A DNA stretch of 64,000 nucleotides from positions 17,191 to 81,190 of the forward strand of contig CAVZVH010000021.1 in the NCBI GenBank assembly GCA_963778645.1, given 5' to 3'. The translations under genes were made by a program, and so were the position numbers. Positions 11,857 to 21,539 of this stretch are shown piece by piece; the stretch's first letter is position 1, and every line of letters starts with the position of its first letter. The stretch is from an uncultured Chloroflexia bacterium. Its GTDB lineage: Bacteria; Chloroflexota; Limnocylindria; Limnocylindrales; CSP1-4. The notes under the pieces were generated by a model. That model saw only the letters and a program-made list of their open reading frames with translations. It was not told where the DNA came from and ran no database searches.

Positions 11857-12477
11857 CCGGTGGCGACGTTCGTGGTCGACGGCACGAGGATCAGCACGTC
11901 GCTGCCCGTGAACCCGAGAGGCAAGCCCGAGGAGCGACCGTGCACCGTCACGTTCCTGCGGCGAGCGGGGAGGATCCGCGTCGACGTCGGGTTCGTCCGC
12001 CAGCGGCGTGTGGCGTGGACGCTGGAGGGCATGGTCAAGTCGGACGACTCGGTTTCGACCGCGGAACTGTTCAACAACGCCGACTACGTCCTGTTCGAGA
12101 AGTACCAGGATCCGCCGGCCGCGGCGCTCGGCGGACTCACGTTGCATCGCATCGGCCGCCTGCGCGAGCGACACGCCTGGATCGAGAACCTCGCGCGGGA
12201 CTTCCGCTGGGTGGCCGACGGGCGCGTGCTCCTGGCGGCGCTTCTGTCGACCAGCGAGGCCCCCGCAGAGCGCGCTCGCGGCCTCGCCGAGCTGCTCGAG
12301 GTCGCGCCACAGCGACCGCTGTTCACCGACGGCCTGGCCCTCATGGTCAAGCTCCTCCGCACCTGGCCCGACGAGGCCGGCAAGGACGAGCGGCGCGCGG
12401 CGTTATCGGTCATCACCTCTGATCCGGCGACGGTCGACTGGGACGCGATGACCCTGACGAAGTACGACGAGGGCTGA
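11857..12477 (+). CDS. Hypothetical helical protein (206 aa, GTG start), no recognisable domain
   Basis: High GC3 frame, 14 bp after previous stop, GGATGAG upstream. …FRWVADGRVLLAALLSTSEAPAERARGLAELLEV…. Confidence 0.5.
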   Translation, partial: PVATFVVDGTRISTSLPVNPRGKPEERPCTVTFLRRAGRIRVDVGFVRQRRVAWTLEGMVKSDDSVSTAELFNNADYVLFEKYQDPPAAALGGLTLHRIGRLRERHAWIENLARDFRWVADGRVLLAALLSTSEAPAERARGLAELLEVAPQRPLFTDGLALMVKLLRTWPDEAGKDERRAALSVITSDPATVDWDAMTLTKYDEG

Positions 12478-12479
12478 GC

Positions 12480-13587
12480 GTGCCGCTCGAGCTCCGGTTC
12501 CTCCCGGCCAGGGAGGGCGACGCGATCTGGGTCCGCTGGGGCGACGGCCTCGATCACCAGCTCATCATCGACATGGGCAAGGAGAGCACGGGCAACGCGA
12601 TCCGCGGGCGGCTCGAAGCTCTCGAGACGAAGGATCGGCATTTCGAGCTGCTGGTCGTGACCCACATCGACGGCGACCACATCGGCGGCGTGCTCACGGC
12701 TCTCGCGGATGCCCCACCGCTGGATGAGCTGACCTTCGGCGACATCTGGTTCAACGGTTGGGCGCATCTGCACGGCAAGTCGGTGCCGCGGCCAGGGGAG
12801 GGGACGGGGCTCGAACCGATGGGTGCCGCCCAGGGCGAGCGACTCACCTCCTGGCTCAACGTGCCGTGGAACGAGGCGTTCGGGCGCGGACCGATCCGGC
12901 GGGAGGATCCGCTGCGGACGGTCAAGCTCTCGGACGAGCTCACGCTGACGGTCCTGGGCCCGACGACCGAGCGGTTGGAGCAGCTGCAGGACACGTGGGA
13001 GGAGGAGGTCCACCTCGCGATCGAGCGGGGCACGCTCACCGAGGTCTCTCCGGGACTGGAGGCGATGGGTCGGCGCCGACCGGACAAGCCCGAGCTTCCG
13101 ACCAAGGGCGACCTGCACGTGCTCGCCGACGAGGTGTCGAGGCCCGATCCGTCGCTGTCGAATGGCACCAGCATCACGCTGCTCCTCGAGTGGCGGAAGC
13201 GGCGGGTGCTGCTCACGGGCGACGCGTGGGCCGCCGATGTGGTCGACGGCCTCGCGCGTCTGGGTGAGCCGGCTCCGGTCCCGATCGACGTCTTCAAGCT
13301 GCCGCACCACGGCAGCGAGGGGAACGTGTCGAATGCGCTCGTGGCCGCCGTGGCGTGTCCGGCATGGGTGTTCTCGACCGATGGCAGCCGCCACTATCAC
13401 CCGGACGCCGCCGCGGTGGCTCGCGTCGTTCGCCATCCGATGGATCCTCGGCCCAGGCTCCTGTTCAACGTCCCGAGCGACTTCAACGAGTGGTGGTCCG
13501 ACAGGGACTGGAAGGACAGAGTTCGGCTACTCGACCGAGACCGGAACGGACGAAGATGGCCTGACGGTCACCCTCGAGCCAGGCTGA
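12480..13587 (+). CDS. MBL-fold metallo-hydrolase (ComEC/Rec2-type beta-lactamase domain). Apparent +1 frameshift ~13520-13530; annotated ORF runs to 13640
   Basis: VVTHIDGDHIGG and KLPHHGSEGN motifs. GTG start 2 bp after the upstream stop. GC3 indicates the true C-terminus is …EFGYSTETGTDEDGLTVTLEPG* (13587). Confidence 0.65.
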
Positions 13588-14257
13588 CGGTTGGTTCCAC
13601 CGTCCCTATGCATCCGACATGCATACCGACCGCAGGGTGACCTCTGGGACCGAAATCGTGCATAAACCCGCGACGCTCCGGATCGCTCGTCAGGGACGCC
13701 GGTTCGTACTCCAGCAACACGCTCCCCGACGCGAACGTCCGGGTGCCGATCAGCTTCAACTCCAGAGGCCGGTGAAGTGACCCGAAGATCGCCTTGCCCT
13801 TGCCGAGCGCGGTGCTCGTGACGAGGAACCGGTACGTGTCGATCAGGCCGGCCTCGCTCAGGGTCGCAAGCAGGTCGGCGCCGCACCCAAGCTGGAGGTC
13901 GGCGCCGTCCGCCTCCTTCAGCCGGCGGACCGCGTCGATGACATCGCCCTCGAGCACCGTCGCGTTCGGCCGCAGCTCGGGCTGCCCGCGCGACACCACG
14001 AACTTCGGCGTCTCCCGCCAGAACTGGGCGAACTCGCGCTCCACCTCGGACGTCGCCGGATCGTCGATATCGAGGTCGTCCCAGTAGTCCATGACGTCGT
14101 ACATGACCCGGCCCATGACGGCGCCGCCGGCGTCACGAGTGAGGTCGTTGGCGAACCGATGCTCGTCCTCGGCCGGGTCGTAGTGCCCGAGGCCGCCGTC
14201 CGGGTCGGAGTACAGCCCGTCAGTCGTGAGGATGATGTAGAAGTTCAGCCGTCGCAT
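13568..14257 (-). CDS. Dihydrofolate reductase family protein (RibD C-terminal-like)
   Basis: MRRLNFYIILTTDG…LQLGCGADLLATLSEAGLIDTYRFLVTSTALGKGKAIF. Typical of the YwjB/RibD_C family. Confidence 0.7.
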   Translation of the reverse strand: MRRLNFYIILTTDGLYSDPDGGLGHYDPAEDEHRFANDLTRDAGGAVMGRVMYDVMDYWDDLDIDDPATSEVEREFAQFWRETPKFVVSRGQPELRPNATVLEGDVIDAVRRLKEADGADLQLGCGADLLATLSEAGLIDTYRFLVTSTALGKGKAIFGSLHRPLELKLIGTRTFASGSVLLEYEPASLTSDPERRGFMHDFGPRGHPAVGMHVGCIGTVEPTVSLARG

Positions 14258-14267
14258 CGGGTACAGC

Positions 14268-14666
14268 CTAGCGCTTCGAGGCGCGGCCGCGTCCGCCGGC
14301 GTCCGTCTCGGTCCCGATCCCGGCCTTTCGATCCAGCGCCTGGAGCAGGTCGTGCGCAGCGAGTTCGACCGCCTTGTGCCGCCACTCGGCGGCGCGGTAG
14401 TGGCAGGCGATGATCCCCGAGCGGTGGATCCGCTTGAAGTCACCGAACACGAACGCGTGGCGACCCTTGGTCTCCTCGGTGGCGCCGTCGGTCAAGCCGA
14501 GGAACCATGCACCGTACTCGTCCCAGGAGTGCTTCTCGAGGTAGTCGTTCTCGTCCTCGGCGCGCGGCTGGACCTCGCCCCAGTCGCTGCGGAGCACGTA
14601 CCGCCGTGCTTCGATGAGTCGCTTCGCGTGCTCGACGGCGCGCTTGTTCACCGTGTATCTGGCCAT
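14268..14666 (-). CDS. Hypothetical protein (133 aa)
   Basis: ATG at 14666 inside longer ORF. Tandem, 10 bp upstream of the DHFR-like gene. Confidence 0.45.
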   Translation of the reverse strand: MARYTVNKRAVEHAKRLIEARRYVLRSDWGEVQPRAEDENDYLEKHSWDEYGAWFLGLTDGATEETKGRHAFVFGDFKRIHRSGIIACHYRAAEWRHKAVELAAHDLLQALDRKAGIGTETDAGGRGRASKR

Positions 14667-14778
14667 GATCACCACGCTGCCACGGAACGCTTGAGGATGC
14701 TCGCCAGGCACGCAACTGGAGGCTACAGACGCCTCGCGATTGGTCGACTTTGACGGGAGCCGCTCAGCATTTCGAACC

Positions 14779-15378
14779 TTATGGGACGTCTCCGCGAGCC
14801 CACGGACCCGACGCGAACGCCGATAACGCCCACGCGTAGGCATCCTTGCAGGTACCTTCGCATGGCTGAGGCAGGACGACCTCGAAGGTGACGACGTCTC
14901 CAGCGATCGAGTAGTCGACGACGAGATCTCCGGCATATTGGAACTCGGTCGCGTGCGACGGGAAGGCGAGCGTGTCGGCGTCCACGATCAAATGGTCACC
15001 GCCATCGACCTGCTGGCCATGTTCGTCCTTGGAGCCGAACCCGCCCGAGGACGTGAGGAAATGCGAGTGCTCCAACGGTCCCCGTGCACCAGCACAGACA
15101 TCCCCGGCGGTAGGCGCCGCCCCTCCGCCGTAGAAGTTGCCAGTGAGCCAGTCGACGTGCGACTCCGCGAGGCCGGCCCGTTCGAACGCGGCGAGCATCT
15201 CCTGGCAGCTCTGCGCGCGATGCCACGTTCCGAGGACGTCGCTTTCCGCGCTGAGCGATTCTGATGCTGAGGCGGCTGGCGTCGTGGCTTCCTGAACGCT
15301 CGAAGTCGATGCGCCACTCCCACACCCGCCAACGAGGACCAGCTCCAGTGTGAGGAGCGCGCAAACAGCGGCCCTCAT
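14779..15378 (-). CDS. Secreted lipoprotein, unknown function
   Basis: Signal peptide with lipobox LVGGCGS. Confidence 0.55.
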   Translation of the reverse strand: MRAAVCALLTLELVLVGGCGSGASTSSVQEATTPAASASESLSAESDVLGTWHRAQSCQEMLAAFERAGLAESHVDWLTGNFYGGGAAPTAGDVCAGARGPLEHSHFLTSSGGFGSKDEHGQQVDGGDHLIVDADTLAFPSHATEFQYAGDLVVDYSIAGDVVTFEVVLPQPCEGTCKDAYAWALSAFASGPWARGDVP

Positions 15379-15848
15379 GTGGACCCCTCATCCATCGTCA
15401 TGAACTCGTTCACGCGCAAGAGACGCCAGAGCGGGCGGTGGTACCACGGCAGCAGCGCACGACTCGGGTCGACAACGACCTTCGGATCGGTCAGGTGCGT
15501 CGTCCGGCGTCGGACCCTGAGCTCGGCCTCACCGGCCGCCAGGATGTTCTTGACCCATTCGACGTCCCGTCCGTACATCAGGGAGATGACGTGGTCGGGT
15601 CCATGCCGGAACACCTTGACCGGGATCCGATAGCGACGCCCGCTCTTGCGACCGACGTACTCGAGGATCGCGAACCCGGGCACCCACGCGGCCACTCGGC
15701 GGAAGATCGGGTTGAAGATCCTCGTCGTGAAGGACCGGAGAGGGCGGAAAAGGGTCAACGCACACTCATCTGGGGAGTATGCGCCCCGATCCTCACCGGT
15801 GGCCAGCAACCCAGCATGCTGGTATACTGGGCCGATGAAAGTCACCAT
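15375..15848 (-). CDS. Nitroreductase-family deazaflavin(F420)-dependent oxidoreductase (DDN-like)
   Basis: …EYVGRKSGRRYRIPVKVF… motif characteristic of F420H2-dependent DDN/PNPOx-like split-barrel proteins. 4-bp overlap with the downstream lipoprotein gene. Confidence 0.7.
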   Translation of the reverse strand: MVTFIGPVYQHAGLLATGEDRGAYSPDECALTLFRPLRSFTTRIFNPIFRRVAAWVPGFAILEYVGRKSGRRYRIPVKVFRHGPDHVISLMYGRDVEWVKNILAAGEAELRVRRRTTHLTDPKVVVDPSRALLPWYHRPLWRLLRVNEFMTMDEGST

Positions 15849-16095
15849 CGATCTCGACGCTGAGCTCTATCGCGCCGTCAAGGTGGAAGCCGCCCGATCG
15901 GACCGGAGCGTGCGAGACGTCGTGGACGAGGCGCTCGAGGCCTGGCTCGATGCCACGGAGGCAAGCGAGGATCGCGCGTCCGCGGAAGCGGCGCTCGCGG
16001 AATACCGACGGGAGGGCGGGGAGTCGGCGGCGTCCGTCTTCGGGTCGTTGGCCGCCGAGACCCAAGCCACGTATGGCCCGGACGAGCGTGAGTGA
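15835..16095 (+). CDS. Type II antitoxin, ribbon-helix-helix (CopG/RHH) family
   Basis: MKVTIDLDAELYRAVKVEAARSDRSVRDVVDEALEAWL. Stop overlaps the start of the downstream toxin gene. Confidence 0.75.
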   Translation: MKVTIDLDAELYRAVKVEAARSDRSVRDVVDEALEAWLDATEASEDRASAEAALAEYRREGGESAASVFGSLAAETQATYGPDERE

Positions 16096-16366
16096 GGGCC
16101 GCCTCAAGGTCGAGCTCGCGCCAGCCGCGCAACGTCAGCTCCGCCGCCTTCCGCCGGGCGACGCCGCGCGACTTCGGGGCCCGATCCTCGCCTTGGCGAT
16201 CGATCCGCGGCCGCCCGGCGTCATCAAGCTCGCAGGCACCGATTTCTGGCGCCTACGCGTCGGCGACCTGCGGATCGTCTATCTGGTCGATGACGGGGAA
16301 GGGCTCGTCATCGTCCTCAAGGTCGCCCGACGCTCCGAGAGCACGTATCGCCGGGTCGAGCGGTGA
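16089..16366 (+). CDS. Type II toxin, RelE/ParE family (GTG start overlapping antitoxin stop)
   Basis: …[35 protein letters not shown]… typical RelE/ParE C-terminal block. Confidence 0.75.
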
Positions 16367-18426
16367 TGAGCCGCAGGTGAGGGGCGCGGCCTGTGCCGCA
16401 GCGTCAACGACGCGGCCGCGGGCCCGCAGGCTGCGCGACGTCGAGGAGGGGCCGCCGGAGCCACTCCGTCCTCGACTTCGACCGGGGCCGGCGATGACGC
16501 CACCGGCGCCCAAGACGGCATCGCCTCGGCGGCCTGCGGTCGGGCGAACAGGAAGCCCTGGCCCTGGTCGCACGTCGACTTCGCGACACGATCCCGCTGG
16601 TCCTGGCGTTCGATGCCCTCGGCGACGATCTCGAGACCCAGGGAGCGCCCGAGGTGGACGATCCCGCCGAACAGGGCCTCGCCCTCGGGTGTCTCGATCT
16701 CCTTGGTGAACTCCCGGTCGATCTTGAGGATGTCGATCGGGAAGCGTCGCAGGTAGCTGATCGACGAATAGCCAGTCCCGAAGTCGTCGATGGCCAGCCG
16801 CACGCCGATCGCCTTGAGCTGGCGAAGCATGGCCTCGGCCGCGGGGTCGGCGACCAGGATCGTCTCGGTCACCTCCAGGATCAGCGATGACGGGTCGACG
16901 CCCGTTCTCTGCAGCGTCCGACGGACCTCGTCGATCAGCCACCCGTCCTGGAGCTGGCGGCCGGACAAGTTGACCGACAGGGCGAGGCCCGGCATCTGTT
17001 CTTGCCAGGTTCGGAGCTGCCTGCACGCGGTCTCGAGGACCCAGGCGCCGATCTCCACGATGGCACCGGTCTCCTCGGCGATGGCGATGAACGCCGCGGG
17101 TGGCAGAAGTCCGCGTTCCGGATGCTCCCAGCGCACCAGCGCCTCGACGCTCGTCGTCGCGCCGGTTCGCAGGTCGACGATCGGCTGGTAGTGGATCCTG
17201 AGTTCGGACCGGCCCACGGCGCCGCGCAAGTCCGCGCGCAGCCGTGCCCCGTCGTCCGCGGCGGCTCGTTCTTCCGCCTCGTACAGACGATGTCGACCCT
17301 TGCCGGACTGCTTCGCGCCGTACATCGCGAAGTCGGCGTTGCGGATCAGGCTCTCAGCGTCCTGCATGGCGGCGGAGCCGACGTCGACGCCGACGCTGAC
17401 CGAGACGCGGACCTGGCGGTCGACGGTGTCGACGGGCCGATCGAATGCGCGCACGACCCGGGCGGCGATCGCCGTCGCCTCGAGTTGGTCGGCCACATCC
17501 TCGATGAGGATGCCGAATTCGTCGCCGGACAGTCTCGCCACCGTGTCCCCGCCGCGCAGGAGGCGCTGGAGCCGCGCTGCCACCCCGACCAGGACCTGGT
17601 CACCGACGTCATGTCCGTACCGGTCGTTGACGACCTTGAAGTCGTCGATATCGACGAACAGCAGCGCAGAGCGTCGGTCACCCTCGTTTGCCCGACGAGC
17701 GAGGGCGTGCGCCACGCGATCGCCGAAGAGGCCACGGTTCGGCAGGCCGGTCAGGTGATCGTAGAACGCCTGGTGACGGATCTCCGCGTAGAGCCTGGCA
17801 TTCTCGAACAGGACGCCTGCCTCGCTCGCCATCATCTGCGCCAGGGCCACCTGACGATCCTCGAGCGGTTTGTCGCCGCGCGTCATGAGCTCGACGGTCC
17901 CGATCGCCTGCCCGTTGACGACCATCGGGATCTGGAACATCAGGCGCCCGCCGAGCGCAAGCAGGAAGCTGATCTCGTTGGGTTCGGCATCCGGATCGAC
18001 GGCATCGATGATGGAGACCAGGCGGGAATCCAGGACACGGGCGGTTTCCGGGTACTCGGACAGGGGATACACGTCTCGCAGGCCCGCCCGCCGCTCGATC
18101 GGGTGATAGCCCACGGTCCGGACATGGTTCTGGTCACGCTCCCAGGCGTAGATCCCACACTCGTCGAACCCGACGGCCTGTGCCATGTGACGCGCGATCA
18201 GATCGCCGACGGCATAGCTGTCGATGGCGGCCGCCACGTCCCGGCCCATCGCCACCACGCTCTCCAGCTCGCGCGTCCGCTCGGCGACCTCGGCGTACAG
18301 GGCGCGCGTCGTTCGCTCGGCGATCTGCTCGGCCTCGCGTCTGGCCTGGCGCGCGCGTTCGAGGCGTCGCCGGAGGCGCTCGATCTCAGTCGCCAATGCG
18401 GACCTCGATCGTGCACCGTTCGTCAC
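16279..18426 (-). CDS. GAF-GGDEF-EAL signalling protein (diguanylate cyclase/phosphodiesterase). The last ~70 aa look like wrong-frame translation, and the 3' end overlaps the RelE gene by ~88 bp
   Basis: GAF region, GGDEF active site ([11 protein letters not shown]), EAL ([12 protein letters not shown]…, [15 protein letters not shown]). Confidence 0.85.
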   Translation of the reverse strand: MTNGARSRSALATEIERLRRRLERARQARREAEQIAERTTRALYAEVAERTRELESVVAMGRDVAAAIDSYAVGDLIARHMAQAVGFDECGIYAWERDQNHVRTVGYHPIERRAGLRDVYPLSEYPETARVLDSRLVSIIDAVDPDAEPNEISFLLALGGRLMFQIPMVVNGQAIGTVELMTRGDKPLEDRQVALAQMMASEAGVLFENARLYAEIRHQAFYDHLTGLPNRGLFGDRVAHALARRANEGDRRSALLFVDIDDFKVVNDRYGHDVGDQVLVGVAARLQRLLRGGDTVARLSGDEFGILIEDVADQLEATAIAARVVRAFDRPVDTVDRQVRVSVSVGVDVGSAAMQDAESLIRNADFAMYGAKQSGKGRHRLYEAEERAAADDGARLRADLRGAVGRSELRIHYQPIVDLRTGATTSVEALVRWEHPERGLLPPAAFIAIAEETGAIVEIGAWVLETACRQLRTWQEQMPGLALSVNLSGRQLQDGWLIDEVRRTLQRTGVDPSSLILEVTETILVADPAAEAMLRQLKAIGVRLAIDDFGTGYSSISYLRRFPIDILKIDREFTKEIETPEGEALFGGIVHLGRSLGLEIVAEGIERQDQRDRVAKSTCDQGQGFLFARPQAAEAMPSWAPVASSPAPVEVEDGVAPAAPPRRRAACGPAAASLTLRHRPRPSPAAHHRSTRRYVLSERRATLRTMTSPSPSSTR

Positions 18427-18925
18427 CGCGCAACATGCAGCGTGGTTGGGCGATGACGACGGTCTGCCCGTAGTGGACCGCGGCCCCTTCGATCATGCCT
18501 TCCGCGAAGGCACAGAGCCGCCGCGGCGACCCGTAGAGCATCGTGATCGTCCCGTCGGTGGCAGTCGCGTATCCGAACGTGGGCACATCCGCGCCGGGAT
18601 AGAGCTTGCGGACCTCGGGATGGATGATGTCGTTGAGCGTGGGGAGGAACGTTCGCAGGTCCTCATGCGGGTCGAAGAACCCGGGGTAGGCGGACGCGAG
18701 CGCCGGCAGCAATTCCCGTCCGAACCAACGGGTCACCTCGTGGGATGACATCCCGGTCAGTGTCGATGCGCCCTCCACGAGCGCCGTCAGCTGCTGGTCC
18801 GGATAGGTGCCGAGCGACGTGTACACACCGTCCAGGCCGGAGGCCTCGAGCAGGTCGTCCCACGCGTCTTCGCCGTGGGTACGGGTGAACGCTCCCTCGA
18901 ACAGGTCGAAGATGATCCCCTTCAT
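18386..18925 (-). CDS. H-NOX (heme-nitric oxide/oxygen binding) domain protein
   Basis: [46 protein letters not shown]…. Colinear with the H-NOX family N-terminus and including the YxSxR-like region. Confidence 0.7.
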   Translation of the reverse strand: MKGIIFDLFEGAFTRTHGEDAWDDLLEASGLDGVYTSLGTYPDQQLTALVEGASTLTGMSSHEVTRWFGRELLPALASAYPGFFDPHEDLRTFLPTLNDIIHPEVRKLYPGADVPTFGYATATDGTITMLYGSPRRLCAFAEGMIEGAAVHYGQTVVIAQPRCMLRGDERCTIEVRIGD

Positions 18926-19080
18926 CGGTCGGCGACGGGTGGGATGAGCTGGGCGTCCACGTTCTGATGATGGGTTCGCGGTGCGGACCGGCAACGACAC
19001 CACAGTCCTGCCGGTTCGGGGGGATGGTCCTACGCGCGCTCGCCGACGACGTGCGCGGACGCGACGAATTTCGAACTAGG

Positions 19081-19680
19081 ATGCGTCAACCCATGCTTCC
19101 TGAATATTTCGCGATCATCGGCGCCATCATCGGCTCGCTCGGCGGCTTCTATTACCTGTACGAAACCATCGTCGGCAAGGCCCAGCCCAACCGCATCACC
19201 TGGCTGCTGTGGGGGATCTTCCCGATGGTCATCTTCGTGGCCCAACGGGCGCAGGGGGTCGAGGGCTTGTCCTGGACATCGTTTGTCGCCGGCTTTACGC
19301 CATTGCTGATCGTGGCGGCATCGTTCTTCAACAGGAAGGCCTATTGGAAAAGCGCACCGCGCGACTACTACCTGATGGCGGCGGCCATCGTCGGCATGAT
19401 CCTGTGGGCCATCACCGACAATCCGAACTTGGCCATCCTGTTCGCGCTGCTGGCCGATATGCTGGCGGGCATACCGACTCTGATCAAGGCGTATCGCCAT
19501 CCTGAGTCCGAAAGCTGGATCGCCTATGCCATCAGCACCGTTGGCTTCGGCATCAGCTTCCTGTCGGTTCAAACCTACGACTTTGAAAACACGGCCTTCG
19601 TCGCCTACGTGTTTGCGACCAACGGCGTCTTGGCATTGCTGGCCGCACGGGGCCGCAAGCCTGAACAGGCAACCAGCTGA
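19081..19680 (+). CDS. Integral membrane protein, unknown function
   Basis: Six predicted hydrophobic helices. ATG at 19081 inside longer ORF. Confidence 0.5.
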   Translation: MRQPMLPEYFAIIGAIIGSLGGFYYLYETIVGKAQPNRITWLLWGIFPMVIFVAQRAQGVEGLSWTSFVAGFTPLLIVAASFFNRKAYWKSAPRDYYLMAAAIVGMILWAITDNPNLAILFALLADMLAGIPTLIKAYRHPESESWIAYAISTVGFGISFLSVQTYDFENTAFVAYVFATNGVLALLAARGRKPEQATS

Positions 19681-19752
19681 AGGATGTCGCGAGTCGGCCG
19701 GCCCGGTCGATGTGGCGGGCCACCTCTGGGGCGAGGTCGGCGTAAGCTCGAT

Positions 19753-21405
19753 CGCGTGACCGTTCTCGATGCCCTCGAAGCCGGTCGGGAGGCCTTCCAG
19801 GTGCGGGCCTGGGGCAAGGCGTACGCCCAGCTGTCGGCGGCCGACACACTCGAGCCGCTCGGGTTCGACGACCTCGTGCGCCTCGCCCAGGCCGCCGAGC
19901 TGATCGGCCGCCACGAGGACACAGACGAGCTGGCGGAGCGCGCCTACCGGGAAGGGCTTCGGGTGCGAGACCTGCCGGGCGCGGCGCGAGCGGCGTTCTG
20001 GCTCGGCTTCGGGCTCATCGCCCGCGGAGAGTTCGCGCGCGGCGGCGGCTGGGTCGCACGCGCCACTCGACTCATCGAGGAGGAGGGACTCGACACGGTC
20101 GAGGCTGGCTATGTCCTGCTGCCCGGCGCCATTCGGGGGATCGATGAAGGCCGGCCGGCCGAGTCGCTGGCGGCCTTCGAGGAGGCCTCCCGGATCGCCG
20201 CGCGCTTCGACGACCCTGACCTCGCGACCCTGGGACGGCTCGGCCAAGGGTCGGCGCTGGTGAATCTGGGCGAGATCGATCGCGGCGTGGCCTTCCTCGA
20301 CGAGGCGATGGTCGCCGTCACCGCGGACGAGGTCTCGCCGATCGTCGTCGGGATCGTCTACTGCGCGACGATCGAGACCTGCCAGCAGATCTTCGACCTT
20401 CGGCGCGCACAGGAGTGGACGGCCGCATTCACCCGCTGGACCGAGTCGCAACCCGAACTGATGCCGTTCCGTGGCCGATGCCTGCTGTACCGCGCCGAGC
20501 TGCTCCAGTTCCACGGCGCGTGGAAGGATGCCTTCGCCCAGACGAAGATCGCCTACGACCGGCTGTCGACGCCGCCACCGGAGCCGGCGGTCGCCGAGGC
20601 CCTCTACCAGCAGGGCGAGCTCCACCGGTTGCGAGGGGCGTTCGAGCCGGCCGAGGAGGCATATCGCCAAGCGAGCCAAGGAGGACGCGAGCCTGAGCCG
20701 GGTCGGGCGCTGCTCCGGCTGGCCCAGGGGGATGCCAGTGCCGCGCTGGCGGTCATCCGCCGCGCAGTCGACGAGCGGCAGGATCCATTGATGCGCGCCA
20801 GGCTCCTCGAGCCCTACGTCCAGATCGCCCTCGCAGCCGGCGATCCGTTCGCCGCCCACGTGGCTGCGACGGAGCTCGGCGCCACAGCCGAGTCGTCGCG
20901 CGCGCCGCTGTTGCGCGCGATGGCGGCCCGGGCCCAGGGGTCGGTCGCGCTCGCGGACGGGGAGGCGAACGCGGCCATCGCCATCCTGCGGCGAGCCTGG
21001 ACGTTGTGGCGGGATCTCGAGGCACCGTACGAGGCAGCCCGCGTCCGCGTGCTGATCGGTCAGGCCTGTCGCGCCCTCGGCGACGAGGACACGGCAGCGT
21101 CGGAGTTCGATGCGGCGGGCGATGTCTTCCGCGTCCTCGGCGCCGGGCCCGACCTCGCGCGTGTCGAGGCGATGACGAGGTCGCGTCCCAAGACGGGCGG
21201 CCCAGCCGGGCTCACGGCCCGGGAGGTCGAGGTCCTGCGGCTCGTGGCGGCGGGGAAGAGCAACCGGGCGATCGCGGAGGCCCTCGTCATCAGCGAGAAG
21301 ACCGTGGCTCGGCACGTCAGCAACATCTTCACGAAGCTCGACCTGTCGTCGCGCTCGGCCGCGACCGCCTACGCATACGAGCACGGGATCCGCCCGACTA
21401 CATAG
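19753..21405 (+). CDS. LuxR-family transcriptional regulator with N-terminal TPR/MalT-like helical domain (start uncertain, ORF opens at 19684)
   Basis: C-terminal HTH_LuxR: LTAREVEVLRLVAAGKSNRAIAEALVISEKTVARHVSNIFTKLDL. Confidence 0.75.
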   Translation, partial: RVTVLDALEAGREAFQVRAWGKAYAQLSAADTLEPLGFDDLVRLAQAAELIGRHEDTDELAERAYREGLRVRDLPGAARAAFWLGFGLIARGEFARGGGWVARATRLIEEEGLDTVEAGYVLLPGAIRGIDEGRPAESLAAFEEASRIAARFDDPDLATLGRLGQGSALVNLGEIDRGVAFLDEAMVAVTADEVSPIVVGIVYCATIETCQQIFDLRRAQEWTAAFTRWTESQPELMPFRGRCLLYRAELLQFHGAWKDAFAQTKIAYDRLSTPPPEPAVAEALYQQGELHRLRGAFEPAEEAYRQASQGGREPEPGRALLRLAQGDASAALAVIRRAVDERQDPLMRARLLEPYVQIALAAGDPFAAHVAATELGATAESSRAPLLRAMAARAQGSVALADGEANAAIAILRRAWTLWRDLEAPYEAARVRVLIGQACRALGDEDTAASEFDAAGDVFRVLGAGPDLARVEAMTRSRPKTGGPAGLTAREVEVLRLVAAGKSNRAIAEALVISEKTVARHVSNIFTKLDLSSRSAATAYAYEHGIRPTT

Positions 21406-21539
21406 TTCTACCCATGCCGCCGCTGCGCGGTTTGGACAATCCGGCCGATGCGGCCGACGTCGACCGGGACCTACCGTCGTCGCTGGCACCCGTTCACGCG
21501 GGTGCCTCCGAACCTCAAACGACGACGAGGGGTTGCGCC

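Noticed and set aside
10897-13436. Minus-strand ORFs of 425 aa and 450 aa
   Set aside because: Antisense to the caspase-like operon and MBL gene. Low GC3 periodicity and junk composition.
16253-18456. Plus-strand ORFs 17002..18456 (484 aa) and minus-strand 16253..17026
   Set aside because: Overlap the GGDEF-EAL gene out of frame or antisense. No motifs.
19030-21489. 819-aa ORF on minus strand
   Set aside because: Antisense to the LuxR-family regulator gene. R/G/P-rich. The plus-strand gene has clear HTH_LuxR motif and better GC3.
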